Shown here piece after piece: positions 49,359 through 60,590 of a DNA stretch of 64,000 nt. Within the stretch, counting starts at the first letter, position 1; every line of letters starts with the position of its first letter. The notes under the pieces were generated by a model. The model searched no databases. It was not told the origin of the DNA and was given only the letters and a program-made list of their open reading frames with translations. The translations under genes were made by a program, and so were the position numbers. The DNA lies in the NCBI GenBank assembly GCA_026770705.1, contig JANJGN010000088.1, positions 1,240,001 through 1,304,000 on the forward strand, written 5' to 3'. Source of the stretch: Isurus oxyrinchus (lineage: Eukaryota).

Positions 49359-50149
49359 ACAACACACAATGAGCAATTCGGCCCATCATGCCTATGATAT
49401 CTCTTTGGCAGAACTAATCTCACTCTCCTGATATTTTCTGATTGTGCTGGAAAATGTTTTCCTTTTACTATTTATCCAATTCCCTTTTGAAAGTTACAAT
49501 GGAATCTGATCCTTCTGTTTCAGGCAGCTGAGTTCCTTCAATTCTATCCTGGATAACTGTTGAAAAATGTCCCCACCACTGCGATCAGGCTGACTGGTCA
49601 GTAATGTGTGAAATAATCCTGCTTTTAATTTGCTCCCTTAAATCTTCAAACTACTTTCTCAAAATATCATTCAGAATTTTAAAAACTCTTTCCCCCTGAA
49701 GAAAATAAATGAAAACTTCCTTAATGCTCACCAATTAATCTTGAGATATTTTAAATATCCACTGGAGCTAAGACATTAAACTGGAATGGGTCTCATACAG
49801 TGCAGCACCAACATCCTACTGCAGTCCTCCCTGCTCACACTGACCTGACCCTTTCAACATCTTTCCAGACCTGCCCAAGCTTTTCCCCGATCGATAAGGG
49901 TTAAGACTGTTCTATTGAACTTGTCGGACACAGGGAGAGAGAGAGAGAGAGAGCAATCTCTTTCCTTTCTTCCTCTTTCCTTCCCTCTTTCTTATCTTTC
50001 ATCCTTCAGTTTCTTTCCTTTTTAGTTTTATGTTTTCTTCTCCTTTATCATTTAACCTCTTTCTTTATTCTCTCTCTCTCTCTCTCCCCCCTTCTCTGCT
50101 GAGGGAAAAAGAAAGGAAGGGGAATCCAGTGAGTACATTCGGACAAGAT

Positions 50150-51225
50150 GCTGATCAATAAGTAACATTCACCCCACACAGGTGCCAGGCAATGACCATC
50201 TCCAACAAGAGAGAATCTACCCTCATCCCTTGACATTCAATGGCATTGCTATCGCTGAATCCCCCACTATCAACGTCCTGGGGATTACCATTGACCAGAA
50301 ACTGAGCTAGAACATACTGTGGCTACAAGAGCAAGTTAGATCCTGGGAATCCTGTGGAGAGTAACTCACCTCCAGACTCCCCAAAACCTGTCCACCATCT
50401 ACAAGGCACAATTCAGGAGTGTGATGGGATACTCTCCACTTGCTGAATGAGTGCAGCTCCCACAACATTCGAGAAGCTCGACACCGTCCAGGACAAAGCA
50501 GCCCCACTTGATTGGCACCTCACCCACAAACATTCACTTCTTCGACCACTGACGCACAGTGGCAGCAGTGTGCGTACCATCTAAAAGATGCACTGCAGGA
50601 ACTCACCAAGGCTCCTCAGACAGCACCTTCCAAACCCACGACCACTACCATCTAGATGGACAAGGGCAGCAGACACATGGGGAACACCCACCTCCTGGAA
50701 GTTTCTCTCCGAGCCCCTCACCTTCCCGACTTGGAAATATATCGGCTGTTCCTTCACTGTCGCTGGGTCAAAATCCTGGAACTCCCTCCCTAACAGCGCT
50801 GTGGGTGTACCTACACCACAGGGGACAAGATCCTGGAACTCCCTCCCTAACAGCGCCGTGGGTGTACCTACACTACAGGGGACAAAATCCTGGAACTCCC
50901 TCCCTAACAGCGCTGTGCGTGTACCTACACCACAGGGGACAAAATCCTGGAACTCCCTCCCTAACAGCGCTTTGGGTGTACCTACACCACACAGGGGACA
51001 AAATCCTGGAACTCTCTCCCTAACAGCACTGTGGGTGTACCTACACCACAGAGACAAAATCCTGGACCTCCCTCCCTAACAGCGCTGTGGGTGTACCTAC
51101 ACCACACGGACTGCAGTGGTTCAAGAAACCAGCTTACCACCACCACCTCTAGGGGCAATTAGGGATGGGCAATAAATGCTAGCCTGACCAGCAAAGCCCA
51201 CATCCCATAAATGAATGAAAAAAGA
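50150..51225 (+). mobile_element. LINE family B 3' fragment containing a 57-bp x6 internal tandem expansion (50769-51106)
   Basis: Collinear with 59800-60570; unit caaaatcctggaactccctccctaacagcgctgtgggtgtacctacaccacagggga starts at 50769, 50826, 50883, 50940, 50999, 51055. Confidence 0.85.
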
Positions 51226-53070
51226 TAACCACTGCAAAAAAAGCCATGTCTAAAATCATCTGGGCACAAGAAATGTTTAACTGTCCAGTTTTCAACATCT
51301 TTCTGGTAAAGAAGAATGTGAATTGGAATCGCACAGACCGAGGTATTTTATTCCAGTTAAATTAACCCCTCACTAAGTGTTTGTGCTCAGTGATGTTAGA
51401 ATCAAACACTCCAGGCTAGAAGTACATCTCGGGCTGTGACACTAAATGGGTGGTTATTGGATCACCCGCCCCTTATAACAGAGCCTGTTATTCAGTTCCA
51501 TTTCAGTCAGTGGAATTAAATATCAGGCACTGGGTTTAACAGGCGGCCGGTCTGATACCACCGGTTTCACACCACCACCCGAGACAAATTTCCACTCCAC
51601 TGAATCCATGTGGATATACGAGGTGGAATGAAATTCTACTGTGCGCTTTTTCTAAAATTCAGTTGTTTGGGTAAAGTTCTGTGGGGGACATATTGAAATC
51701 ATCATTGCCCTTTTTATGTTAATCGAGTAAACGATGCAACTGAAACACACAAATTTCAATCAGATGCAGAAAAATTAGTATAAGTAGATCCTGGGAGAAT
51801 TTACCATTCCCAGAAATATTCAGAGAAATGCAATTCCCTTCACAGAACCTTGGCTCTCCCACCCTGGCCGGTTTAAAGCCACCACTGAAACTCCTTTACC
51901 TCGAATAGATCATAAACATGCCCCTGAAATAGGATCTTGTTTCCCTCAAGTCGGACTTTAATTTGGGAAACTGTCTCCATCAAAAAGGAGCGATCAGAAC
52001 CCCCTGAATATTAAACACTTGCTCCACTAACATTGCGACAAGAAATATTTTCCTTGCCCATTGGATTCCTAGTCAGGGTGATATTTAATTGTTGAGTTCA
52101 TATATGTCCGTGAAATTTCATTGTTTTAATCCAATAATTGGAAACACTGAAACAGTGATGGGAAAAATATGATATCAATAAATTAACAACTAACAGATCC
52201 ATTGCTGTTATTGCCCAAGAACAATTTGAGCCACACAGAAACCCTTCCAGTTCTCAATCCTTCAGTGTGAGAGCTGATGTTCTGGAGGTGACAGATGATT
52301 TAAACTCTCTATTGAGAGCTCGTACATCACCGATTGTTAAACAATTATTATTAAAGCACAAATCAAATCTTAACTCAATGAGATACAATCTTATTCCACA
52401 TGCAGTCTGTTTCCTGTCCGACTGGACAGTTCACAACTGGTTTATACTGCAAGCTTGTTGGGGTGAAGCATTTTTAACAAACACAAAAAGTATTTCTCAC
52501 TCTGTGTAAACCATTATCCCTCTGTGATCACTAACTTATCAAGTGAAATACGGAACTTATTCTTTTTACACCTAAAAACTGTTTCAGCAATGGTCAAACA
52601 GTAAAAAATAAAACTTTAAACAACTGTGACACCAAATATTAAATCACAACACAATTGGATGATGTGTTTTAACTCAGATTATAACAAAATCTTAACCTGC
52701 TTGTAAATAGCCGAAAGTCCAAAATCACCAAACCTGCCCCAAAATAACAAGTGTCCTGAAAACTATAATCTGGATCAAGCAGAATATATTAAGCAGATGC
52801 TGGAATCTTTAGTATATTACGAAAATCAATTCTGCAGTGCTAAATCTTAACTCTTGAGAGTAAATCCAGTTATCAGATTTCAGCTCCATATACTGGGTAT
52901 ATTCTTGACTCTACAGAAATCCAACTCTCTCAGGCAGGATCATGTAATTGTTCTAAATATCTCACTGATTTCAGATGAATTATACATTGCACTTGAATTA
53001 CCAAATTCACTAAAAACAAAAATTAAAGAAAGTAAATATTAGGCAAGGAAGGAATTGAGAAGTTTCTTAC

Positions 53071-53118
53071 CTGAAGTCACTTCCAGGAAGGTTCCAGTGC
53101 CCCAGTAATCAAGATAGT
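53071..53118 (-). CDS. IgW: IgW JH segment YLDYWGTGTFLEVTS
   Basis: WGxG motif; GTAAG donor at 53070; phase 1. Confidence 0.96.
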
Positions 53119-53157
53119 CACTGCGCTCCATCTCCTCATTGACCCAATACAATAACT
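53119..53157. promoter_or_regulatory. J recombination signal, 23-bp spacer
   Basis: CACTGCG (53119-53125) + 23 nt + ACAATAACT (53149-53157). Confidence 0.9.
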
Positions 53158-53493
53158 GAACTTGTCCACGATATGTAATAATCTCAGGGTAATGTAAACA
53201 TAAACCGTGTTTTAACCTGGAACAGTGTTTCCTGTATCTTAATCTGAAATTCCATCCTAAACCTGTTCCAAATGTATGAATAAATGAAGCATTTTTGCAG
53301 TTTTCTTGTGCGTGGACACCAGCTCCTGCACATTACCAACAAACAGAATTGCCTCCTTTTTGTCTTTTATCTTCCCTGAAATCAACATTTCCTCCAACAA
53401 CCCGAGTCAATGTTTAAATATTTCACTCTGGGAAACACGAATGTGGAATCCATGGACACAGACTCTGATACACATGGTCATTTGTAGTGAGGG

Positions 53494-53558
53494 AGTTTGT
53501 GTCAAGCTCTCTACTGCTGTGGTTCCATATCACAGTGCTTCACCCCAGATCATAAATC
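53494..53558 (-). other. IgW: D3 segment (core ATATGGAAC, 53522-53530) with 12/12 RSS
   Basis: 5' RSS CACAGTG-12-TCATAAATC; 3' RSS CACAGCA-12-ACACAAACT. Confidence 0.85.
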
Positions 53559-53897
53559 ATGGGTATAAGATCCAACCTGAAATAAACTGTCCCAAACAAG
53601 CAGCCAGTAGTTTTATTAACTCCTCCATCTGTATCCGTGTGTCCCCCATGCACCAGGTGGCAAACTCAGGGTTTTCCAGGACTTTACAGGAAGATGAGAT
53701 AATCCACAAGGAGTTTTCATTGTTCTTCATCCTCTCTCTGTTACTCACTGTTCCTTCACCTTTCAAATAATATCTTCAAAGAAAGTTGTTCACACAGCCA
53801 GATTATTTAATTGGGATCTGATTTATATCCACGGGTCAGGAGGTAAAGGTCGGTGATATCGCCCAAAGGGTCCAGTTTAAATCGTTTTCCTGTGACA

Positions 53898-53978
53898 GGT
53901 TTTTGAATGGAGGGATCCCCCGTCTCTCTCACTGTGCCACGTAGTATAGACACTGTGATCCACACCCGTACATTAACC
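53898..53978 (-). other. IgW: D2 segment (core TCTATACTACGTGG, 53937-53950) with 12/23 RSS
   Basis: 5' RSS CACTGTG-12-ACATTAACC; 3' RSS CACAGTG-23-TCAAAAACC. Confidence 0.92.
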
Positions 53979-54623
53979 TCCTCCCCTTTCACTGTCACTG
54001 AGCCCAGTCACTTCATATTTAAACCACACTGACACTGCTACAAGTGAGCAGTCCTGCTCTCGGATTCACACTGACGATGGTTTGGGATGTGATGTTTCAG
54101 TGGTTCTGTTACTGGATCAGTGATCTGAAGGCCTGGGTTTAATATTCCAGGGAATCCCGAGTTCAATCCCTCTGTGGGAATCTGGGAATTTCGCTTTAAA
54201 AATCTGGGGAAAATGCTGGGATCAGTAAAAGTGACCATGAAGTTGTTGGATTGTCATAAAATAACCCAACTGGTTCACCCTTGTCTTGAATGAAAGGAAA
54301 TCTGGTCTGGTCTATAGGTGACTCCAGTCTCACACTCAATGTGGTTGACTCTTACCTGCCCTCTGAAGGGGTCAGTGAGGCTATCGGTTACCATAATCTT
54401 CTCAGGTTAACGAGGGATGGGGAACAAATGTCAGACTTGACAGTGACCTCTTCACCCGACAGCTGTTACTCACTCTTGTTTCTGTCTTTCAAATAACATC
54501 TTCAAAGAAAGTTGTTCACACAGCCAGATTATTTAATTGGGATCTGATTTATATCCACGGGTCAGGAGATAAAGGTCGGTGGTATCGCCCAAAGGGTCCA
54601 GTTTAAATAGTTTTCCTGTGACA

Positions 54624-54705
54624 GGTTTTTGAATGGAGGGATCCCCCGTCTCTCTCACTGTGTCACTCCAATATAGACACTGTGATCCACACCCGTACAT
54701 TAACC
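54624..54705 (-). other. IgW: D1 segment (core TCTATATTGGAGTGA, 54663-54677) with 12/23 RSS
   Basis: 5' RSS CACTGTG-12-ACATTAACC; 3' RSS CACAGTG-23-TCAAAAACC. Confidence 0.92.
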
Positions 54706-55054
54706 TCCTCCCCTTTCACTGTCACTGAGCCCAGTCACTTCACATTTAAACCACACTGACACTGCTACAAGTGAGCAGTCCTGCTCTCGGATTCACACTG
54801 ACGATGGTTTGGGATGAGGTGCTACAGTTTATAGAGATGTTTTTAAACGTGTCCCGAGCCCGAGTTTCTGTTGGCTCCCAGGTTTCCCATCACATCTCCA
54901 GCCCAGGAATCCCCAGCGAATAGTCCCATTCCCATTTCCGGGGGAAGGCAGATCCCAACACAATCAGGATGGGAATAAAGCTGTGCTGATAACTGAGGGT
55001 GAGCGATCATTCCTCCCCTTTCACTCATTCCCCCGACTGCAGATTCTCTCACTG

Positions 55055-55093
55055 AGTTTTTGTCCCAGTCCAGCCCTGCTTCCTCTCACTGTG
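55055..55093 (-). promoter_or_regulatory. V recombination signal, 23-bp spacer
   Basis: CACAGTG (55093-55087) + 23 nt + ACAAAAACT (55063-55055). Confidence 0.96.
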
Positions 55094-55389
55094 TCTTGCA
55101 CAGTAATAGGTGGCGGTGTCGTCCACTCTCAGATAAGGAATCTCAATGGAGGTTGTGGAAGATTCAGTTGAAAACGTGATTCGACTCTGAACTCCAGGCG
55201 CGTAGTAAGTGCTATATCCTTGATGGTAACTAAGTAACCATTCCAGCCCTTTCCCAGGGACCTGTTTCACCCAGTGCATCCTGTAGCTGCTGAGACTGAA
55301 CCCACTCACTGTACAGGACAGTGTGACAGAGTGCCCCGGCTTTTTCACAGCTGATTTGGGCTGGGTCAGCACGACAGCGGACCAGACAC
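55094..55389 (-). CDS. IgW: IgW VH exon (germline, unrearranged)
   Basis: AVVLTQPKSAVKKPGHSVTLSCTVSGFSLSSYRMHWVKQVPGKGLEWLL...RITFSTESSTT...YYCAR; canonical Cys/Trp/Cys; short FR3 as in shark IgW V; TTAACAG acceptor. Confidence 0.96.
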
Positions 55390-55501
55390 CTGTTAATAAA
55401 AGAGAAAAAGAAGTTAATAAACCCATTGCACAAAGAGAGGGTCAAAGAGTCTCTGAATAAGCAGCCGCTCTGTGTGGGGATAAAGCCACAGGACCCCTCA
55501 C

Positions 55502-55547
55502 CTGTCAGACAGAGCAGAAGGACACAGAGATAAGGAGCAAACCCCAT
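55502..55547 (-). CDS. IgW: IgW leader exon MGFAPYLCVLLLCLT(G)
   Basis: 46-nt hydrophobic signal exon, GTGAG donor, 112-nt intron. Confidence 0.95.
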
Positions 55548-55632
55548 CGCCCTGTGTTTTCAGACACAGACTCAGACACTCCAGAAATCGGCTGCTTCAG
55601 GGCGCCTGTGTTTGGAGCTGGAGTCAGTGCTG

Positions 55633-55640
55633 TTTAAATA
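55633..55640 (-). promoter_or_regulatory. Candidate TATA-like box of the VH promoter
   Basis: TATTTAAA ~90 nt upstream of the ATG. Confidence 0.55.
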
Positions 55641-55856
55641 GGGAAGTGGAGTGAGTGAGGGTCCCACAGTTTAAACAGCAGCCCCACCCACTGAAACCAG
55701 AAGCTCAGCTTCCTGTCCCCGCCTCCAGCACAGATTTCAATTCTCTACAAGTTATTTATTTATTCAACAGGCAGAGGATCAGCAGCAATAATAGATAAAT
55801 CACACTTTGTCCTGATCATTTATCTCAAAGGTAAACAGTTTGTGTACAACAGATAA

Positions 55857-58070
55857 ACTGAGACACCAGTCAGTGTGAAACACCCTGAGAGAGGAGGACT
55901 GAGGGACACCAGTCAGTGAGATACTCCCTGAGAGAGGAGGACTGAGGGACACCAGTCAGTGTGAAACTCCCTGAGAGAGGGGGACTGAGGGACACCAGTC
56001 AGTGTGAAACTCCCTGAGAGAGGGGGACTGAGGGACACCAGTCAGTGTGAAACTCCCTGAGAGAGGAGGACTGAGGGACAGCAGTCAGTGTAAAACTCCC
56101 TGAGAGAGGAGGACTGAGGGACACCAGTCAGTGTGAAACTCCCTGAGAGAGGAGGACTGAGGGACACCAGTCAGTGTGAAACTCCCTGAGAGAGGAGGAC
56201 TGAGGGACACCAGTCAGTGTAAAACTCCCTGAGAGAGGGACTGAGGGACACCAGTCAGTGTGAAACTCCCTGAGAGAGGAGGACTGAGGGACACCAGTCA
56301 GTGTGAAACTCCCTGAGAGAGGAGGACTGAGGGACACCAGTCAGTGTGAAACTCCCTGAGAGAGGAGGACTGAGGGACAGCAGTCAGTGTGAAACTCCCT
56401 GAGAGAGGAGGACTGAGGGACACCAGTCAGTGTAAAACTCCCTGAGAGAGGAGGACTGAGGCACACCAGTCAGTGTGAAACTCCCTGAGAGAGGAGGACT
56501 GAGGGACACCAGTCAGTGTGAAACTCCCTGAGAGAGGACTGAGGGTCACCAGTCAGTGTGAAACTCCCTGAGAGAGGGACTGAGGGACACCAGTCAGTGT
56601 GAAACTCCCTGAGAGAGGAGGACTGAGGGACACCAGTCAGTGTGAAACTCCCTGAGAGAGGAGGACTGAGGGACACCAGTCAGTGTGAAACTCCCTGAGA
56701 GAGGAGGACTGAGGGACACCAGTCAGTGTGAAACTCCCTGAGAGAGGAGGACTGAGGGACACCAGTCAGTGTGAAACTCCCTGAGAGAGGACTGAGGGTC
56801 ACCAGTCAGTGTGATACTCCCTGAGAGAGGAGGACTGAGGGACACCAGTCAGTGTGAAACTCCCTGAGAGAGGAGGACTGAGGGACACCAGTCAGTGTGA
56901 AACTCCCTGAGAGAGGAGGACTGAGGGACACCAGTCAGTGTGAAACTCCCTGAGAGAGGAGGACTGAGGGACACCAGTCAGTGTGATACTCCCTGAGAGA
57001 GGAGGACTGAGGGACACCAGTCAGTGTGAAACTCCCTGAGAGAGGAGGACTGAGGGACACCAGTCAGTGTGAAACTCCCTGAGAGAGGAGGACTGAGGGA
57101 CACCAGTCAGTGTGATACTCCCTGAGAGAGGAGGACTGAGGGACACCAGTCAGTGTGAAACTCCCTGAGAGAGGACTGAGGGTCACCAGTCAGTGTGATA
57201 CTCCCTGAGAGAGGAGGACTGAGGGACACCAGTCAGTGTGAAACTCCCTGAGAGAGGACTGAGGGTCACCAGTCAGTGTGATACTCCCTGAGAGAGGAGG
57301 ACTGAGGGACACCAGTCAGTGTGAAACTCCCTGAGAGAGGAGGACTGAGGGACACCAGTCAGTGTGAAACTCACTGAGAGAGGAGGACTGAGGGACACCA
57401 GTCAGTGTGAAACTCCCTGAGAGAGGAGGACTGAGGGACACCAGTCAGTGTGATACTCCCTGAGAGAGGAGGACTGAGGGACACCAGTCAGTGTGAAACT
57501 CCCTGAGAGAGGGGGACTGAGGGACACCAGTCAGTGTGAAACTCCCTGAGAGAGGAGGACTGAGGGACACCAGTCAGTGTGAAACTCCCTGAGAGAGGAG
57601 GACTGAGGGACACCAGTCAGTGTGAAACTCCCTGAGAGAGGACTGAGGGTCACCAGTCAGTGTGATACTCCCTGAGAGAGGAGGACTGAGGGACACCAGT
57701 CAGTGTGAAACTCCCTGAGAGAGGAGGACTGAGGGACACCAGTCAGTGTGAAACTCCCTGAGAGAGGAGGACTGAGGGACACCAGTCAGTGTGAAACTCC
57801 CTGAGAGAGGAGGACTGAGGGACACCAGTCAGTGTGATACTCCCTGAGAGAGGAGGACTGAGGGACACCAGTCAGTGTGAAACTCCCTGAGAGAGGACTG
57901 AGGGACACCAGTCAGTGTGAAACTCCCTGAGAGAGGAGGACTGAGGGACACCAGTCAGTGTGAAACTCCCTGAGAGAGGAGGACTGAGGGACACCAGTCA
58001 GTGTGAAACTCCCTGAGAGAGGAGGACTGAGGGACACCAGTCAATGTACAGATATCTCCCTGAGAGAGAG
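55857..58070. repeat. 43-bp minisatellite, ~51 highly homogeneous copies
   Basis: Unit actgagggacaccagtcagtgtgaaactccctgagagaggagg, with 40/41-bp variants. Confidence 0.97.
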
Positions 58071-58084
58071 ATAATGAGACAAAA

Positions 58085-58740
58085 ATATACTTTATTTATA
58101 AAATTGGTAAAAGTACATTAAATAACAGTTTAAATTTGATGTCACCAAAAGTACCAGAAGACAGACCAGTTTCTTTCAATACAGGACATGAGTTATCTCA
58201 CGACTTTCATCTTTACATTTCATGTCAAACATTGTCTCTGGTTCATACAGCCTGAGGGGGTTTACATGGGTTCCAGCCCCTTGGTAAACTATGCCTGATG
58301 TGCCTTAGACAGTGGCCCTTCCCACTGAGCCTTTGCGGCAGATGTCCCAAGATTTAATGCCTCCCTCAGCACGTAGTCTGAACGTCCCAGTCTGCAACAC
58401 TCATTCATGGACAGATCTGTGCACTGGAAAACCAGCAGGTTTCAGACAGACCAAAGAGTGTCTTTCACCGAGTTGATGGCCCACCTGCAGCAGTTGATGT
58501 TTATCCCACTGTCTGTCCCTGGGAACAGCCTGTAGAACACCGAGTCCTGTGTTACAGATCTGCTCAGGGTGAATCTTGACACAAAGCACAGCATCTCTTT
58601 CCAGACCTACTTTGTAAATGCAGTGGGAGATGGTCTCACCCCCACCACAGTCATCTCACAGGCAGTGTGCTGAGGCAATGAGCTTCTGTTCATACAGGGA
58701 AGGATTTGATGGGAAGGACCCTTCTCATCATCAGCCAAGC
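58085..58740 (-). mobile_element. Tx1/L1-like LINE 3' fragment
   Basis: Degenerate C-terminal Cys-rich region on the minus strand (C..CGGGETI type) and an AATAAA-type end near 58090. The assignment is from pattern recall. Confidence 0.5.
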
Positions 58741-58899
58741 TACAATAAATGCTGGCATTGCCAGTGGTGTCCACATGTCAAGAATGAATGAAAAACAGAG
58801 GTAACTGGATGGAAGTTGGGTTATAAATTGAGCACAAGTTGTCACAGGGTTAAGACAATAAACATTACATTTGTGTGGGAATCGGGAAAGACACCTCTC

Positions 58900-60590
58900 A
58901 CCATCTTCAGCCAGAAGTGCCGAGAGGGTGATTCTTCTCGGCCTCCTCCTGAGGTCCCTGGCACCACAGATGCCAGTCTTCAGCCAATGCGATTACTTTT
59001 CTAACATCAAGAAACGGCTGAAGGCACTTTGGATAATGCAAAGGCTATGGTCCCTGAAAATATTCTGGCAATAGTACTGAAGGCTTGTGCTCCAGAACTT
59101 GCCGTGCCATTAGCCAAGCTGTTCCAGTACAGCTACAACACTGACATCTACCCGGCTACGTGGAAAATTGCTCAGGTATGTCCAGTACGGAAAAAGCAGG
59201 ACAAACCCATCCCGGCCAATTACCACCCCATCAGTCTACTCTCGATTATCAGTAAAGTAATGGAAGGGGTCATCATCAGTGCAATCAAGCAGCACTTGCT
59301 TAGCAATAACCTGCTCACTGATGCCCAGTTTGGGTTCTGCCAGGGCGACTCAGTTCCTGACCTCATTACAGCCTTGGCTCAAACATGAACAAAAGGGCTG
59401 AACTCCAACGGTGAGGTGAGGGTGGCTGCCCTTGACATCAAGGCAGCATTTGACCGAGTGTGGCATCAATGAGCCCTAGCAAAACTGGAGTCAATGGGAA
59501 TCAGGGGAAACTCTCCACTGGTTAGAGTCATACCTCGCACAAAGGAACATGGTTGTGGTTGTTGGAGGTCAATCATCTTAGCTCCAGGACATCACTGCAG
59601 GATTATCTTTGGGTAGTGCCCTTGGCCCAACCATCTTCAGCTGCTTCATCAATGACCTTCCTTCCATCATAAGGTCAGAAGTGGGGATGTTCACTTTTGA
59701 ATAGACAATGTTCAGCACCATTCACGACTCCTCAGATACTGAAGCAGTCCATGTCCAACTGCAGCAAGACTAGGACAGCATTCAGGCTTGTGCTGATAAG
59801 TGGCAACTAATATTCGTACCATGCAAATGTCAGGCAATGACCATCTCCAACAAGAGAAAATCTAACCATCGCCCCTTGATATTCGATGGCATTACCATCA
59901 CTGAATCCCTACTATCAACATCCTGGGAATTACCGTTGGCCGGAAACTGAACTGGACGAGACATATAAATACTGTGGCTCCAAAAGCAGCTCAGAGGCTG
60001 GGAATCCTGCAATGAATAACTCATCTCCTGACACCCCAAAGCCTGTCCACCATCTACAAGGCACAAGCCAGGAGTGTGATGGAATAGTTCCCACTTACCT
60101 GGATGAGTGCAGCTCCAACAACACTCAAGAAGCTGCACACCATCCAGGCCAAAACAGCCCCGCTTGAATGGTACCCCATCCACAAACATTCACTCCTTCC
60201 ACCACCGACACACAGCAGCAGCAGTGTCAACCATCTACAAGATGCACTGCAGCAACTGACCAAGGCTCTTTTGGCTTCACTTTCCAAACCCAATGACCAC
60301 TACCATCTAGAAGCACAAGGACAGCAGGTACATGGGAACACCACCACCTGGAAGTTCCCCTCCAAGTCACTCACCATCCTGGCATGGAAATATATCTCCA
60401 TTCCTCATTGTCGCTGGGTCAAAATCCTGGAACTCCCTTCCTAACAGCACTGCTGGTGTACCAAACCACACGGGACTGCAGACGTTCAAGAAGACAGCTC
60501 ACCACCACCTTCTCAAGGGCAACTAGGGATGGGCAATAAATGTTGTACAATCCAGAGAAGCCCACATAGCATGAATGAATTAAAAAAAAA
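58900..60590 (+). mobile_element. LINE family B RT and 3' end
   Basis: NYHPISLLSIISKVMEG, QFGFCQG, ALDIKAAFDRVWH, LGPTIFSCFINDL motifs; poly(A) remnant at ~60582. Confidence 0.9.

Noticed and set aside
55099-55105. Cryptic heptamer TACTGTG at the V 3' end
   Set aside because: It is a near-universal consequence of the YYC codons; not informative here.
27764-55547. IgNAR or IgM identity for the cluster
   Set aside because: The V has full FR2/CDR2 (WVKQVPGKGLEW) and CH1 has the light-chain Cys, so it is not IgNAR despite three D segments; more than 4 CH exons and the Cys-rich short tail exclude IgM.
55857-58070. CRISPR-like appearance of the tandem arrays (also 965-2590, 44405-46150, 20655-21310)
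   Set aside because: Units are head-to-tail with no unique spacers, there are no cas genes, and the context is a vertebrate genome.
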